Shown here: positions 38,601-51,169 of the stretch, piece after piece | Position numbering within the stretch: the first letter of the stretch is position 1 | Layout of the letters: the number at the start of each line of letters is the position of its first letter | Assembly: GCA_040954595.2 (NCBI GenBank) | Contig: CM082591.2 | Location: forward strand, 2,840,159 to 2,904,158 | Direction of reading: 5' to 3' | Origin: Balanoglossus misakiensis | Taxonomy: Eukaryota > Animalia > Hemichordata | DNA: 64,000 nucleotides | Translations under genes and position numbers: made by a program | Notes under the pieces: model-generated | Databases searched by the model: none | Seen by the model: the letters and a program-made list of their open reading frames with translations, nothing else | What the model was told of the DNA's origin: nothing

Positions 38601-41600
38601 ATTTTTGTGACTTAGCAGTATGGCGCCACTGCAATCAAGGTCATCTGATAATTTTTGAGTTGATTGAACAGTTGGTTCTAAAAAGGTTAAATAAAAGAGC
38701 ATTCATTATGTTCCTCTGAATTAATTAATTAATTAATTTGAAATCATTGAACGTGTAGTCAAAAGGAAAGTGTGCCATTTTTCGTCGTTGCTGGCGTGCT
38801 TGTATTCAAAATATGGTTATTTTCAATTAGTGCGCCCTCATTTGTACTAAGCCAACATTTAACATAACGTGACCGTTTCCATGCCACGATGTTGTTCTTA
38901 CGGCAAAAATAACAATCGAATTATACTATCAGATGACGGAAACATGTGTATAGCTAGGCGAGAAATTGATACCCGTTAATATAAACCAGATAAAATACTC
39001 TTATATATAACCACAAGGTTATATGTTCGCGAGGGGTTAAAGCGTCCAGAGTATTTTTTCATTTTCTCGCCGAAAATGATGCGACAGGATTGTCAGGAAA
39101 GTAATAGCGAACGGAGAGTCAAAACTCTGCGTGGGTTGGTGTATGTCGTCTCTGCAACGTCACGTTTTCGGCATTTTCCAAGTCTGCGTGAAAGGTAGGT
39201 TTATTTTTTTCACATACAAGTCAGTTGAGCGTCTTGTTAAGACTTCGAGATACCATTAGTGTGTGCATCCCTAGCAAGCCATGCATCTTATACTCTGATA
39301 CGGTGTTGATGTCTTCACCCAGAGTTTCATAACTTGTACAGGCACTCGAACACACTTGGTCGCCATGTGAATGTAGCACTGCGCGAACTCAGTTATTAGC
39401 TTCTCATGGAACGTTCAAGAAAGTCTTTAAAATGTGGTTTTGAACCTTGGTATTTTAATATACCAAAACTTTGTGACCCCTGGCCCTCTCTCTTGTTTAG
39501 ACGAGTTTGTACTTGTGTACTTCAATGAGAGCACCAAGGTCAGATGGAAAAGAAATGCTCTCATATTTTCTTAACAGTTTCAATTTGATTATTTTAGCTA
39601 TACTGTAAGTTAACAAAATGATCAATCGAAACTGTGCAGATACCATTTAATTAGGAATACCTTTAAACTTGACACGTGATCACATTTGTCAGTAGTTGCA
39701 TCTGAAAATTGGTATTAATGTCCCTAGATATAACAGTTGGTCTGTCGTTGCAGACATCAGTACCCAAGAATTGCAACCTGTCACTCGAACATTCGCTTCT
39801 CAGGTTTTTAATTTCGCTAATGGAAAATACCAGCGCAGTGTTTATATTGCGTATAAGACCTCAATAAAGTGCATTTGGGTTATACAGAAATGTCGCGACT
39901 TTCAATTTTTCCAAGAAGGAATTGTATATCTCCCATTACGAAAAGCAGGCCTAACCGTTCGCTGAAGTATCACATATATTTGAGAAATATTCCAAGATTT
40001 TTCGGCCAAAAACGCCTTGTGATATAATTTATTAGTCGATATTTCATGAAAGCAGATGATTGCCACACTTTAATTGCTTTGAAAATTGAGGCTTATTAAT
40101 TAGTTTTCTGAAAACACACAGTAGTCGCTATGGCAACTGCGTCATGACCTTACGATAGGTGATAATTTGCATGTAAAGAAAGTAAGAAATGAGCATATAA
40201 AGCACAAAATTAACTAAAAGGCAGTTCTAGGATTTCAATCGATTTAATATCTGAAATTTAGTTTGTTCTTCACGATTTGCCGTGAGGCGACTAGACGGAA
40301 TCCAAATCTACCGTTTTACTTGGGTCTTAATTTTTCCGAATAGCTTTCTTACATCCTTCCTGGGGAGAGGCTTTTAGCAGGAAGAATAGGCTAATACTGG
40401 GATAAGTAGCATTCGGAACATGCTTGTTTGGGAATAACGCAGTCTAGCTACGTGGAGACTGCTAATTCATTCGCTGAATAAGTTGGGAATCTTTAGCCGC
40501 TGGGTTGTGTAGAAACACGAATTAAATCAAAGGTTTACATCGAACGATGTGCATGAGAGAGGGGAGTATTTGCTTTATGGTCTCAAACAACGACGAGAAT
40601 TTACACGACCCGGGGAAATTTTCGAATAACTGTGTGGTTTCATCCCGTGATTAAGTCGAGTTCCCGAGTACTGCTACTCTGTGCCTTAAGTACATGTATG
40701 TTGTTATGACCTGGGTTCATGTGGTACGTTTTGCTATGTTAGATATTTTGAGAAGTTTGCTTTATTCCACATTTTGGACCCGTAATATATGCGTGTACTA
40801 GTATGCGATACAGCGCCACCATACACCGTGCAAAGTTTTTCTGTTTGCCTCGAAGTCTTCCTATTTGAATTTTGGAGACTGCGTCGCCCCATTTCTATCC
40901 ACTATCACAGCTAGTCATCTCATGGGATAGTCCAGTATAGTGCACGTGAACCAAACTATATTGAGACTTTAGTGTTTCGTGTAATGCCATCGCCGGACTA
41001 AAAGCCATTCATGTCCAAATTTCAAATCGAACTAGTTTCCCTTGTAAATATAAATGAAACGGTTGGCCCGCTCCAACTATGCCGGGATCAAAACATTCTG
41101 AGACACCCAGATGTAATTTTAACAACTCTACAACTATTATTCAATTAGTTTGATCTCCATGTTGTCATAGAGATCATTTGTCGGTGGGTAACTACGTACG
41201 TCACCTGCATTCTAGAGGAACCTGCCCAGTCAGTGTCTGAAAATAGACTACTTTCATGCGCATAAAAGGCGTATTCCCTAATATGTAATAAAACTTGTGG
41301 AAAATGGACAATTTCCATGGGGGCAGTGTTAGTTTTATGCCGTCTCCGGCGATAAAAGAGAAGTAAAAAACGTCTGCAGGGCAAGTGAACAATCTGTCCT
41401 GGGGACAAGGAGGGTTGGGAGCAGGAGCTGTCAAGATAAACAATGTCAAACAAGAAACCTCACAAAGAACTCCCATCAAGCACGGATCACGTTTCCTCGG
41501 TTCGCTGGTTTCGGGTATTCACTGCTTTTAGTCGAGCGTGGAGTGAAATAAACTGGACAATCGAGTGCAACATATAAGACGGCGAACAAGCTCTTTGTGT

Positions 41601-41657
41601 ATCTATTTCTCCCCGTATACAGCAACACACCTCTCCAGGCATACGCGTCAATTGCGG

Positions 41658-41666
41658 TATATAAAA
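41658..41666 (+). promoter_or_regulatory. TATA box upstream of the distal first exon of the CNBD2-like gene
   Basis: TATATAAAA about 220 bp upstream of the ATG at 41888 (accATGG Kozak context). Confidence 0.45.
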
Positions 41667-41887
41667 GTCCGCCTCGCTTACTTAAAAGGGGTCTTTACAC
41701 TGTCGTAAAAGAAGCGGGGTTCCTGTCAGATCGATAGCAAATCTCACACTTGCAAACAGCTCAGGGGGGCGTTAACCTCTCGTCAGGGGTTACAGGTGCG
41801 GGGATTTTTATTGCGACACCCGATAGCAATTGGCGTACCCTGTCTTCTTAATAACCATCACTATGGACTGAGTCGTTCCACACTACC

Positions 41888-44800
41888 ATGGACGCCGGTT
41901 CTCCCAGCCACACGAAAAGCCCCATCAGACCGAGCTCTGCACCGCCGACCAAGGGATTTAGAAAGAATAAGTTCGGTAGACGTGTGAGGCCGAAATCCTG
42001 CACTCTTTCCGTTGTTCATGAAGTCGAGGAGAATGATAGTGACGTTGTGGACAAGGGGGAAAAGTTAGATGAGCTTATTCACACGTAAGTCGCATAACAA
42101 TTTCTCTTTAATCTGTTGGCCTAACTCGGGGCGTCGGGTTTTTCTCAATATCTCCCACTTAGTTTCCCATACCCACCAACCCCTCACAAGAGAGCGACTA
42201 CCTATCTGCATTGATACATGGACCATCTCACTCATATAAGTTGATACGTATTGATATTCATGTGTGGTTTGCGGCATATGACGAAATAACGGCGTATATG
42301 TGAATGATGATTAACACAACCAGCGTGTTGGGATAGTATCAAGTCACCTCAAACTTCAACTAGTTGGCAGAGTACACGTGTAATAGTTTCTTATCGTTCA
42401 CATTTGATTCGTATGATATCAGATGCCTGAGTTAATTGATTACCTAATACAACAAAAAAGTCTCCTTGGTCGTCAAGCATTCAGTATACAGTTGCCTGAG
42501 GTGTTGGGTTCAAAGGTATTTGATGACATAATTATTAACTGCAGTAAGCCAATTCATAATCAGTCACTGTCTTGGGTAAACATATACCTGTACAACAAAG
42601 AACTTGACTTCTTAATCGTTGCTACGTAAACAAGATATCAATCGTTCGTACAGTATGTACATGCTTAATACAATGTGCATGCATTCTCTCCGTAGTGGTA
42701 ATTGGTTTATCCACTGTAGTGTTTCATTTGTTTATTTCAATTCACCTTTTTGCTATTCCATATACGCCATCGTTTTCATATACATGTACCAATTCAAGTT
42801 GTGAATTGATGATGTATTCGCTTCGTGGATCTGACAAATGACACGTTCTTTCATCATTGAGGAGATGTCTGCAGCGCGTGACAAGTATCGTCGCAAAGAT
42901 GTGACAACTCTTTTCTGTGTTCTGTTTGGACATTCCTATTGCGCAGAAACGATTCTTTTAAATTGTGGTTGGTGTCTGCTTCTTTCTAGTCATATAGATA
43001 TAAGTGGGTATTCTGTGGTTTGGAATTTATCGAAGATGTTCTGTCTGACAATCACCTCACAAATGCAAATATTTCTCTCAATCTCAAATTAATCTGATGC
43101 AAATAATCAATTATACACAATGGGATTAAATTCATGACCAAAGAGCGAGAAGTTGACATGTATAAGTTTGTTGGAGAGGCTGCGAAAACGACCAGTGATG
43201 TAACGGTTAAAATGTTTCGGTAAGTCTTTTTCGTATAGGTGTAAAGTGTTTTCTGTTTGAGTAAGAAGGTTGGCGAGTCACAGCGAGTTGTCAAGGTGAT
43301 ACATTGTATATGTATATTGGTGTCGGAGAGTTCGATATAGGCCTTGGTGGGTCCCCTTTTCGAAGGATGCCAACAAAATTAGTATCAGGTGAATTTGGTT
43401 GAATTGATGCTTACTATCCCCTTGTCAGGTTTGTGAAAAACAAAAGGGAAAGGTACCAAAACAGTACCAAATACAGTGTCAGACCACACCACGTCATCGT
43501 GGATTATCCGTTCGTTTGACCGAGGCCAAAAACGCGATAAGCGACTGATTGCATTCGAGAGCGGTTACAATTAACAGCGCCCCCTGTCAGTTGAGCAAGA
43601 AATACCGTCGTTTTTTAACCACACCACGGGTCAATCAGGCGAAGTGTAACCATAGTTACACAGACGCCGATCCGTGTCTTCGCGTTCCACCTATCTTTAA
43701 TAAGAAAGCGTGTAAAGTTGTGTCAATTGGCCACGTGCACACTGACCCTATGTATGTGCATTGTACTTTAAAAATGCTCTGCCTCGTTTAGCATAGTAAA
43801 ACACTGTGACAGCACTCCGAAGTATGACAGATAACAATACTAGGGATTGGGTTCCTAACATGCAGAGAAAGTCTAATATTACAAATGTTTTTACTATAAT
43901 AATGAGGATTTTAAAACTCAGTGTGTACTGAACTCCATTGCTGTTCTTGGACACATCACTTCTTGTCTTGAGGTCACAAATCAGCCGCAGGCTATCTTGA
44001 GTCTATCCATTATTACGACGCATGCGTTAACGAGATAGCCATGTCCCTCCGGCAACGCCAACTGACCATGTGTTGACCTGTTCAAGGGGACGTTATTGAT
44101 TCTGAATGACCTGTTGTGGTCCTTAAAAGACTTGTAATCAAATTGAGATCAGGCGTTGCGTGTCTCTAATGAAGGCGATAAAAACCGCTCGGGTGTGGAT
44201 CGTGGATTGGTCACACGAGATGCGACATTAGTCTTGTCGTTGTGTGTCGTTCACAGACACCCAAACAATAGTTGGATTTTACGCTTTGCTACTGCGAAAG
44301 AAATATAAGACTGATTATCTAATTACATTGATTCATTGATTACTTGTAGATTACATGTACTTGTTATGTCATACGTACGCCCACTGACGAAAATAGCCCT
44401 TGCGACACAGTCCAGTTTAGTCGGAAATCATAACCATGGTGACGTCAATTAAGATGAGTGCGCACCTGATCCGTTCAGTAAAAGGCCGTGAGCTGTCTGT
44501 TCAAGAGTATTTTGTGCATTTCTGTCTCAGTTTGATAATGTCCAAATTCGTTATAGTCCATGACGTACATTCAGTCTATGAATAATTACTTGATCAGTAT
44601 TAAAGGGACTCCGTGGGCACTGATTGTCTATATTCAGCCAGGCAGTGTAATTTGTATCGAAAAACCTGGTTTCTATACAGGATTTGACAGTCTGAAGTCT
44701 TTCACGTTAGAGTAGGTGGTTTTCCATGTTAGCATGATAGTGTGTCCAAATCTACCACACACGAACATAACATACCTTCTGTTTAAAAAGAACACTTGGC

Positions 44801-47800
44801 GATAACTTGCTTTTATTGCTTTATTTCTTTATTTACACTACGGATATTTGTAGCCGCACAATCATTCTTACACATAGAGGAGGAATTTCTGATCCAACTG
44901 TGGTAACGATTAAATTGATAAAAGACAAAACAGCCCATAGTGATAGCCGAGTTTTGAAAAATCGGGATGTTTGTAGCCAGCCGCACTGTGAATATTGTAT
45001 AAAAGGCCGTTGTTTACATACATCGTGTGTTGTGAATTCGATTTGATATTATTTATTGTATGGGCACTGGCGGTGTCTTCTTAGGACAGTTCGGTATTGT
45101 GTGTGGGACAATTTTAGGTCGCGGGATCTCGAAATGAAACAGTGAACAATGTGTATTGTCATTGTGCACGGACTGTGAGTGCATGAAGCCACGACCTTTA
45201 GGCCTAGTTTCTTTGATGGTTACTTGTGTTTAGGGACAAATGTCCCAGAAGTCGATTGACCAAAGTCGATTGGGTTTGGGTCTGTGGCAATTTTTTTCAG
45301 CTACCGTGGTTACAGCAATTGAATTTGCTATCGTCAGTTCTACTTTTTGTCTCAAGTATCGCAGAAGAAATTCATTTTCCTCTCCAATATCTTCTAATTT
45401 TTTCCTCTAAAAATCTTCTGTTCCCCAGAAATCACATGGTTCCCCCTAAGGCAAACTGGTCGGTTGAATGATACATTGATATATTGGTAGATTGAAAGAT
45501 CTAGACATATGCATACATATTCTCTGTTACACGTAAGACCACTTACCGCTAATTGATTCTGATTGTAATGTTGCCAATGCCCCTCTTTAGAGTTAATAGA
45601 ATCAAATTGAGGTTTCTTTACAAGGCACTCATAAATGCAGCTAACATCAGCCGCAAATCACGCTAAATGGTACTTAATGAACGTGGCCCCTTTTGTGGGA
45701 TCAGTTGCTATAGAAACCGACGAAAGATCTGTCAATTCGTGGTAGGAGGCAGTGTCTGGCAAACAGGTATCAATGTTCCGTGTCCATGGAAACGATGCGC
45801 GGTTTCCTCGTTTTTCGTTCAACGGGAATATTAGGATGTGACCCTTGATGAAGTGTAGGGACGGAATTCAAAAGTAGTTTACTTTTAGGGTCGCTCTTTG
45901 TGTTGACAGTTTGATTGCGTTTTATAGGCGATGTCGCGATCGCTTGTGCTCATGCGTGATGAACTATCTGTGTAATCGCGATGATGTACCGACTTTAGAA
46001 CGACTGGACCTCTTAAGTATAAACGTCGTCTATCGCCGTTCTCGTCCCTTTCGATCGTACTTACACGGCCTCGGAGGTCTCGCGCTTCACAGCATGGCCG
46101 CTAAAGCCACCACTTTCACCGTTCAGCCAAATCCATCAGATGGTTTAAGTGTTCCAGGATCTCCCGGGATTAGCGCGAACATAGATTCGGGTTTACACAT
46201 ACCTGCCGATGCATCGCCTGCCAATAAACCGGGAGACAGCCAACCACGTGCGGCGCAGACGCCAGAAATACGCGGGGAAGCGATTCGTCACCGTACAAAC
46301 TTGGTCTGTGCAAGCAAAGCCTCGCTAACGTCGGGATCTAGAGAGATGTCCGCAATAAGAAGTTCGTCTTCATCGAGAGACTCACAAATCACATCAACTC
46401 AAAGAGAAAATTCTTCCATTTCCTACTATTTGAGGTGAAGTATTGTTGTAGTATTAGACATATACATACATACATGCATGCATACAGTTAATGTCACCAG
46501 TACTCGTCAGTTCTCGCACATAGGCGCGGAAAAGCATTTTGCAAACAATATATATTGACTTAAGGAAGTATACGCCTAGAAGACCACCAGTCTTAACCTT
46601 TTTTTAATTTTGCTCAAGGCCAAAAATATACCGGTATGACCGGAAGAAAATAATGGGTCTGTAAAATATAACATAATTCTTTTGTTTTATCTATTTTTTA
46701 CAGGAAATAAGGGTATGACTGGATAATTTTTTGCTGAAAGACACAGCGCGCACACTCAAAACATTTTCTGTCTCTTTACAGGACGCCCTCAACGAACCGA
46801 TCGACATCCCCACGGTCCTCTATAGACGAAACGTCAGTGATCGCTTTGGAAGAATCGCGCAGACGACTGGCCAGGCATCGAGCAAGAAGTCGGCGTAGGA
46901 ACCGGGAGGGTGGTCTAGCGTCTCATATGATCGAAGGAGATGAGTCGGCCAATGATCGACGAACAAGGGTAAGTACCGCACCCCTTACAAATTAACATTT
47001 CCGTAGGCAGTCAGTTAGTGTCATATGAATTCATGACTTAAGTGGTCATTCATTTTCTGACCCCTTATCTTTGATATCAAATGACGTCAGACGCAGGCAG
47101 ACACCGGATGCCGCCATGTTGTTTGCTCGTCACCTGGAAATGACAATGCCGCGGGTCACGTGTCCTAATGATGTGATTGATATTAGAGAATATTTCTCTT
47201 TCAGCTCCTGTACGTCTTCCAGAGAGCAGTTCGACTTATTCGACGTGTCGCGCAGATGGGGCTCTGTATGACCAAACTGTCCAAGCAGAACACAACATCA
47301 ACACTGGTGGCGCAGTTACACTATTTCAGCGCCGACGGCAACACGCATAGTTTGGCGTTCGACAAAGCGAAGTTTCGGCGGTCAAACGTAAGTTCAAAAC
47401 TATTGTTTGTAATTTTATCATATTGCAAACTCGCAAAACCATTTCAAAACACAGTAATCAATGCATAGCCTTAATCAACCATTCTGAAAATGGTCTATTG
47501 TAACAATCTTTCTCTGTGTATTCAAGTAAACTAACACATTCCTTCGTCTGCTTCCTGTTTTAGTTACTTCTACCACAGTGGGCCAGACAAATTGGTATAA
47601 AAGCACCTTCTGAGCGAACTCCCGAGGATATATACAAATTATACGGCGTCATGAAGACAATGAAAAGTTTTGAGAAATTTACACAGAAAATAAGATTTCA
47701 GATATGTAAAATGGCAAGATATACATGGTAGGTTGTTTTTATTTTCTTGTGTTTCAGTGTGATATTTTCTGATGGGTATTCCTACATAGTGTCAATGATG

Positions 47801-50503
47801 GTTGAATGGCAGGAGTTATTTCCATGTTCAAATCTCTCCTCATCTTATGAAACCACCTGGAAACTTTTCAATTATCTCCTGATCTTTTTTTATGTATTTT
47901 TTGCAGCTGTGAAAAGGGTCGCGTCATTCTTCGCCAGGGACACATCGGCTATAACTTTTATTTCATTTACGCTGGTTCGGTCTTCGTGCAATTAGAATAC
48001 ATGGATGAGAATACAGGCACCAAAGCCGCTAACACACTGAATGTTATCGGGGCAGGGCAGAGTTTTGGGGTGAGTAAGGTCAAATCTATCTCTTATATAT
48101 TTATGACTTCCTGACTATTGACTTACTGGCTAGCTGGCTGGTTGACTGATTGGTTGGTTGATTGATTGATTGATTAAGAGGGTGAGTGGACAATTTCTAA
48201 CATAGCAAGGATGGTGATGCCGTCTTCTCATTGCTAGGACAATTTTATCATTACTAATTTACTATACTCAGAAAGTGATTGATACAGCTTCGTTTCAGAC
48301 TTTGTTTCAGTGTGCTTGTTAACAGAACAATTCCTTTTTTCTCTTTTCCAGGAATTGGCACTTCTAGGCGACGGTAAGCGCACCGCTTCCGTCATCTGCC
48401 GAGAGCCGACAGAGTTATTCGAAATAGAAAAAGACACATTTCTGGAAATATGCCCCGAAATGTTTGAAATCGAAATGGAAGAGAAATTGAGAGTTGCCAA
48501 GTAAGTTGAAGTATTTGAAAGAAATACAAAATGTTATGATAGTACATGGTCACAGGAAAACGATGGTGGTGTCTAGTGATATTCTTGGGGGCGTTTCTGT
48601 TGATTGTGGCATTTTTTGTGGTTTTGATTATTTGGACTATGTTATGATGTATTATAGTTAATAGTATTATGAAATAGTTGCACTCTTTAGTTCGACTTAT
48701 AGTATTCCCTCCCACATTTGCAGGAAACACGATATTTTTAGACACTGGCCGGAAGAAAATCTACAGAGACTCTGTTTTGAGTCTCAGATCCAAGAAGTAC
48801 CGCACAGCAAAACGATAGAAAAAGACACATCAACCTCACAGCATTTATATTTCGTTCTGCAGGTATGTACCAACAGGTTGGCGAATAAAGGCCTTGGGTC
48901 ATGATTCTGCATATCACCAAATCCCTAACCCTAACCACCCATAACCGATCCTCTTGTCATTAGGATGTTTAGTGTGATTAATAAGGTGCAGATTCTGTGA
49001 ACGAAAATTTATCTTCATTGGCTACATCGCTCAGAAGTTAATCACAATATTGCTTATAACCGTAAATCATAAAAAAATCGTCCATTTTCTTTTCTGAAGA
49101 CCTAATGTCTACGATGATGTCCAATTAACAGAATTCGCTCATCCTCACGACAAATCTATATTTTTTTGTTTGTTTTTAGGGTAAAGTTCTGATCCTACGC
49201 GAGTTCAACATCCGTGACGCTGCCACCAAAGCCAACTTCCGCCTCTCTGCGTACAAGAACAAACCGCTTCCGTTCCCGACGTCCACCGGCGAAGGCGCTG
49301 ATCTGCGCAGAATCACCGATACCAACAAGTGTTTCTGCAACATCGGATATTTGACAGATGGGGAGTGCTCGGTAAGTGTTTCTCAAATTCAGAAAACAGT
49401 TATTGGTCTGTAATTTGTCTTTCTTTCAGTTATTAATTTTTTTTCTCTTACATTTTTTCGTTCATAGGATCTTAGTGCAATACGTCAAGAGGACACGCCC
49501 CTCATTCCTGGAGTTATTCTTGTCAGTCACGGTGTCCGGGTTATGAAAATAGTCAAACGGAGACTCGAGTCATTGGCTCCTAGGGGGTCTATCGAAACAT
49601 TTCGGAAATCATACACTCCCCATTTACAGTAAGTACTGCTTTAAATTTGGCACATACTATTGAGTCCTATATTGTGAACTAATACAACCGTCAACCAATA
49701 AGATCTGATGTTTTTATTGACGGATGTTTCTCATCATTAAAAGTCTTTGCTCATTGGGTTGGCAAAATTGATGATATTAGATGTATTGTCTGTTTGCTTT
49801 TTATTTGTATGTCTTGCTTTTTATTTGTCTGTCTTGCTTTTTTGTCTGTCTGTTTGTCTGTCTGTATGTCTGTCTGTCTGTTTAAATTTGTTTGTTATTA
49901 CAGTGTTCCAAGTGACGAAGATCTGTACCGGAAGTACGTGGAAGACCTGCACTGGAGCCAGTTCAAGAGGAAACTCATCAAAACTCTCAAAGCTGAACAG
50001 GAGGGCAGTTATCTCTGTCACCGCCCAGTGACCACCAAAGGAACGAGCGGATGGGCAAAATGGCCAGGCACGGGGAAAATGAACAGAAAATGCAGACTCT
50101 ACCAGACGACACAAAGGTCGACATCGACGGTAAGATGAAATTTTTTATTTCTTTATGTTTGACTTCTGAAATTATTACTCTAAAAGGACTTCATATTTAC
50201 ATCCAGCTAACACAGTAGCTCCATGGTTTGTACGATATGTGTTAAATAGACGAAAGAAGGTGACAATTCACACTTATTTCTTAATTTTGGTGCACTGCTG
50301 TTGATTTGTGGATAATAAGAGCAAAGAATGAAGAGTTCATAATTGTACTGATTTATTTCAAATGTCCAGAACTCTTACATTAGTGATCTTATTTTTCTCT
50401 TTACTAGCTGCCGCCGTCGCCTGCAGACATGGAGAGCTCTCTCGGTGCCAAAACCAGTAAAAGGGAACGACTTCTACGCAGGCCCAAGACCGCGCCATCT
50501 TGA
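41888..50503 (+). CDS. CNBD2: cyclic nucleotide-binding domain-containing protein, CNBD2-like (up to 732 aa, 12 exons)
   Basis: Exons 41888-42084, 46093-46434, 46782-46968, 47205-47387, 47564-47727, 47907-48069, 48352-48500, 48724-48862, 49180-49371, 49468-49628, 49904-50129 and 50408-50503 are all GT-AG and phase-compatible (2199 nt). CNBD1 reads ERTPEDI...GRVILRQGHIGYNFYFIYAGSVFV...GQSFGELALLGDGKRTASVICREPTELFEIEKDTF. A degenerate second CNBD (IFRHWPEENL...LYFVLQGKV...ILVSHG) and a C-terminal PSDEDL...WSQFKRKLI motif are typical of CNBD2-type proteins. The first two exons are less certain. Confidence 0.88.
45704..45793. promoter_or_regulatory. two RFX X-box motifs (putative internal/alternative promoter)
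   Basis: GTTGCTATAGAAAC at 45704-45717 and GTGTCCATGGAAAC at 45780-45793, about 300-390 bp upstream of the ATG at 46094. Confidence 0.6.
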
Positions 50504-51041
50504 ACTCAATATCGATGAACCGGCGTCTACTGTCGTATTGAACACAGACTCCATTATTTTGCATCCATCGCGAGTTGCCGACAACGAATGCTAGTGGCAT
50601 TTCAAAAACACTTATATGTATGCAGTAAATCCACATGTACTTCCGTCAAAATTAGATGACTTTCGAAGATCCCGTGTATTCGGCGGCTATCATCTATAGG
50701 AGTCATTCAGATGTAGACAGGCGCGAACAGCAGAGACCAACCAGACGTGAGGACAGCTGAATAACATACTGTCGGCTTCAAATGCAATCGGCCTCAGACA
50801 CTTTCTCTCAGACTCCATATTGGATTTTTGTACAATCATGACTTTTCCTGCTTAAGCCCGATTAAATGTTTTGTATTTATGGCATAGATTTATCAGAAAT
50901 ATCCATTTCTCTGACAAGGACAAGAGTTTATTTATATATTCCTCTATCATTACTTACTCCACAGAAGACTTTAATAACAGGCGTTTATGTGCCAGCTTTT
51001 TAAAGTAACAATTTTTCAAAGTGTATGCAACTCTTATTTGC

Positions 51042-51047
51042 AATAAA
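51042..51047 (+). terminator. polyadenylation signal of the CNBD2-like gene
   Basis: AATAAA about 540 bp after the stop codon, followed by ATTAAA and T-rich sequence. Confidence 0.55.
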
Positions 51048-51169
51048 CCATGAATTAAAACTCATCTGGCAAAGAATTTTTATTTCACCCATTCCATTCT
51101 GAACATGGATAATAGTACGCGTGGTAAAGTTGTCAAAGAAGCGAGATTTTTTTTTTAAAAGGAAGAAAT

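Noticed and set aside
31000-41500. Short ORFs and isolated splice-like sites (e.g. donors near 33585 and 36418, acceptor near 37796)
   Set aside because: Could not be assembled into a phase-consistent coding model; treated as intergenic DNA between divergent genes.
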